Assembly (NCBI GenBank): GCA_907165135.1
Contig: OU015567.1
Span: forward strand, 12,400,001 to 12,464,000
Origin: Oikopleura dioica
Lineage: Eukaryota > Animalia > Chordata
Direction: 5' to 3'
Length of the DNA: 64,000 nt
In this document: one piece after another, positions 61,401 to 64,000 of the stretch
Position numbering within the stretch: the first letter of the stretch is position 1
How the letters are laid out: each line of letters starts with the position of its first letter
The notes under the pieces: generated by a model
What the model was told of the DNA's origin: nothing
The model's database searches: none
The model's input: only the letters and a program-made list of their open reading frames with translations
Translations under genes and position numbers: made by a program

Positions 61401-63393
61401 AGACTTTGACGATACCGAATGTCCCTTGCGCGGTGCCATTTATGAGAGTCGCGTGGCGCATTTGATCTCCAAGTTTTGCGGCTACCTCTACTTCCTCCCC
61501 TACCGCGATTCCCATGTTCATGAGAATCTTGCCTGTCGCCCGTATCGATCAGCGCCCGTCGATTTCTGTCGCCTCTTGAAATCCCAGACGGATGCGCGCA
61601 AACTCCTGCTCATTCTCAACGTCACTGCCGCTTTTATATCTCAGGATAAGATTAAAAATTTCATCACTGATTCACAAAATTAAGGACTCTCCTTGATGAG
61701 TCCTCCTTCCTATGAAAATATATACCATATATTTTCATCATTCATTTATTATTATTCATCAATTTTTTATCTTGAAAAAGACCCAATCCGCTGAAACGAA
61801 CACTTTCCATGCACATCTGCTCGAATTCAGCGAGCTAAAAAGCTGGTGTCACCATATTTCGCATACGAGCACTGGCAAAGACATGTTTGCCGCGGCAATT
61901 CGACACAACTCAAGTGTGGTCACTCAAGGTAAGTTGCAATACTGAAAGCACTCTTTATTCTGTATCGTGTTTTAGCACTTCCGATAAGTCTTTACCAGGC
62001 GAGCGATGTTGAGGGTCGCCGGCAGAGCTTGCCGGCCTGTGGTGAACTTGGCATTGATGAGTTCATTGTTCTTTGCCCAGAGCTCACTAGAATCAACAAA
62101 CCAAGAAACGGGTCCTTCGGTGCAAAAGTTGAAAAGCGGCGTCGAGTAGAAACAACGATAGTCAAACCGCAAGTCAGACAGGATTCAAAATCGCTGAAGA
62201 CGCAGCTGGAAGATGCGTTTTTCAAGGCTAATCCAGCCTCGCTCAAAAGAGCGACCGAGTTTGTGATAGAAAGAGTCACATCTAATTGTGTCAAGCACTT
62301 TAGAAATAAAGGAAGGTTGAAAACAATCTAATCAACTTCAAATTCGAAAGTCTAGCTTTATCAAGTCAATTACTGTTTTCAATCTGCTAAAGTAATACCC
62401 GACACGCTGCGCGATTTCAACGCCAAGGTCAAGGATCACTTCAACGCGACACCCTCGGATGCAGAAGACGATGTCATCGCAATTGCTTTCATCAATACAA
62501 TTGTTGAAAAGTGTCTCAAAGCATGCCTCGACAAGTGTTTGGCCGAGAGCGTACCGTTTTGCGAAAAGAACTCCAACGAAGCGCTGCCTCCTATTCTCGG
62601 TCCTGATGTGCCCCGTGCGGCTGTGGCATTCGCGGTCAAGATCACTGAGAGGGATACAAAGGCAAAAACAGCGGAATGGTTTAAAGAAAAGGTGCCGATT
62701 ATTGTAAATAGAGATGGAAAAATGGCTTTTGAGCGATCAAGAATTAACAGGCACGAGTTGACGCTAAATAAAAGTCTTTAAATCCTAGAAATCCGAATGA
62801 TCTGTATGGTAGACTCATTGAAAGAACCAAACAAAAGGTTTACCAAATCTCGAATGAGGATTACAAACCGCACTCGGAGCTTTTGTCCTCTCTTCGCGAA
62901 GTCGTCATGCGCGACCAGCTCGGCCAGGCTGATGAATCAACTCAAATCATGTCGCTTGGTAAATTACTGCCTCAGTTGCTGGAGTCAATACCATCAATGG
63001 ACGGTGGATCAATCAAAACGGCGTCATTTCTTTTGACTCAAGTCGTCTTCATCGCTTTCAGGTCAAGGTTACTCCATTTCAAATTCTTTTACATAAAGGA
63101 AAAACTAGAATTTTACAGTCGAGTAACTTTTTTGAAGATTTCCAAAAGCGGAATTTTCCTTATTGGTCTCAATGTTCACCGCTGAAATCGTGGAGCAACT
63201 ATCATTCCTGCCCTCTTCAGTTCTTATTTGTGCCTTGCTAGAGTCATTTGTCTTGCAACCAAGTAAAAGTGCCAACGAGAACATACAGTTATTCCTGACG
63301 ACTATGCCTGGCTGGGAGACGCAGGACATCGAGCAAGTCCTCGAAACGTATCCTCCGGAAATAACTTTATTCGTTCAAAACTGTTTACAGTAG
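58443..63393 (+). CDS. CDAN1: Codanin-1
   Basis: FAALRKQRDEIFHIFRIWQKNHSDPDW, FFPGSQSFFQSFL, LISKFCGYLYFLPY, and Codanin-1_C-like LKRATEFVIERVTSNCVKH. Confidence 0.88.
60950..61402 (+). other. GA-AG intron with terminal stem (CDAN1)
   Basis: Arms 60952-60968 aaggtttttatgcagcg and 61381-61397 cgcgcaataaaaatctt give 15 Watson-Crick pairs plus 1 G-U with two 1-nt bulges. Confidence 0.7.
61645..61780 (+). other. GA-AG intron with terminal stem (CDAN1)
   Basis: CAG|GA, phase 0. Arms 61648-61660 aagattaaaaatt and 61761-61773 aattttttatctt pair at 12 of 13 positions. Confidence 0.75.
62312..62392 (+). other. GA-AG intron with terminal stem (CDAN1)
   Basis: Phase 1 is required and the nearby GT is phase 2. 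Arms 62314-62327 aggttgaaaacaat and 62372-62385 actgttttcaatct pair at 13 of 14 positions including one G-U. Confidence 0.8.
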
Positions 63394-63577
63394 TCCTAGC
63401 TTTTTTCTATTTCCCAAATTCGATTCAATGTGTGTGTATTTATTTATTCAAGCATCTTATATTCAACAAATTTCTGTACAGGCTTTTTATACTTACAGTG
63501 ATCGTTCCATTTTCTGTTATTTTTAGTTACAGTATTAAAATATAATTCCAGATATTCTAAATTTTTGTACTTCTTTT

Positions 63578-64000
63578 TCATTCTCTTCTATTATGATAAT
63601 GATTCTTTTTGCTTCGATTTTTCTGAAGAAAAGTTGATTTTTGGCTGCAATTTCGAGCTACCTTTAATTGATAGATTCTTTTTTCAAAATTGCTCATTTC
63701 TCTGCAACCAGGAGAGTATTTCGGAAGCACCCAATGAGCATTTTCTTCATCGTTAATTTTCTTTACTCCAAAGCGGCATCTTATATTTTCAATCTCGAAT
63801 TGCGTCAAGTGAAGACAAATTACCTAGCTTGATATGGGCTTTCATGCCACTCAATGCCTTTATTACACTCATATTGGCAATTTCTCGTATAGAACCAACG
63901 ATTTTCCCCTTCCGGATGTACCAAATGTCCGACGCAAGAGCCCTTCTTTAATCTGACATATCCACCTTCCTTACTTCGAATAGTCTTTGGCAATTTATGA
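63578..64000 (-). CDS. 3' end of a gene with a sushi/CCP-like cysteine module; runs off the window
   Basis: Frame ...RNCQYECNKGIEWHESPYQAR|CRFG...HWVLPKYSPGC... across a 44-nt GT-AG intron (63823-63780). Confidence 0.5.

Noticed and set aside
62751-62788. Possible GC-AG intron in CDAN1
   Set aside because: A 32-nt GT alternative (62757) has the same phase and there is no convincing stem; left unresolved and not counted.

Overview
A gene-dense, AT-rich eukaryotic window with about 25 multi-exon protein genes. Most introns are 38-60 nt, many start codons have a 3'-splice-site-like AG just upstream, and about a dozen introns have GA, GC or GG donors. Together these point to a larvacean tunicate such as Oikopleura dioica (inference from architecture only). 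Recognisable genes: a sulfotransferase, SLC33A1, separase (ESPL1), CWC22, pyruvate kinase, eIF2A, a SEC14L1-like PRELI/CRAL-TRIO gene, SNX27, RELCH, HACD3, HOOK, PSME4 and codanin-1. Also present: lineage-specific secreted and membrane genes, an intron-containing tRNA-Ile(UAU) nested in a PSME4 intron, and an intact 669-bp hAT-type MITE in a CWC22 intron. Main discovery: nearly all non-canonical introns I could define, plus several longer GT-AG introns, carry a 6-16 bp inverted repeat joining the intron start (usually +2 to +6) to a segment ending 5-10 nt before the 3' AG. These stems often bury or loop out decoy GT/AG sites, suggesting structure-assisted intron definition. A complete 3-exon gene for a 52-aa neuropeptide-like precursor, missed by the ORF track, lies at 137-413. 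Exon structures were reconstructed by hand and orthologue comparisons are from memory; both need alignment and RNA-seq confirmation.
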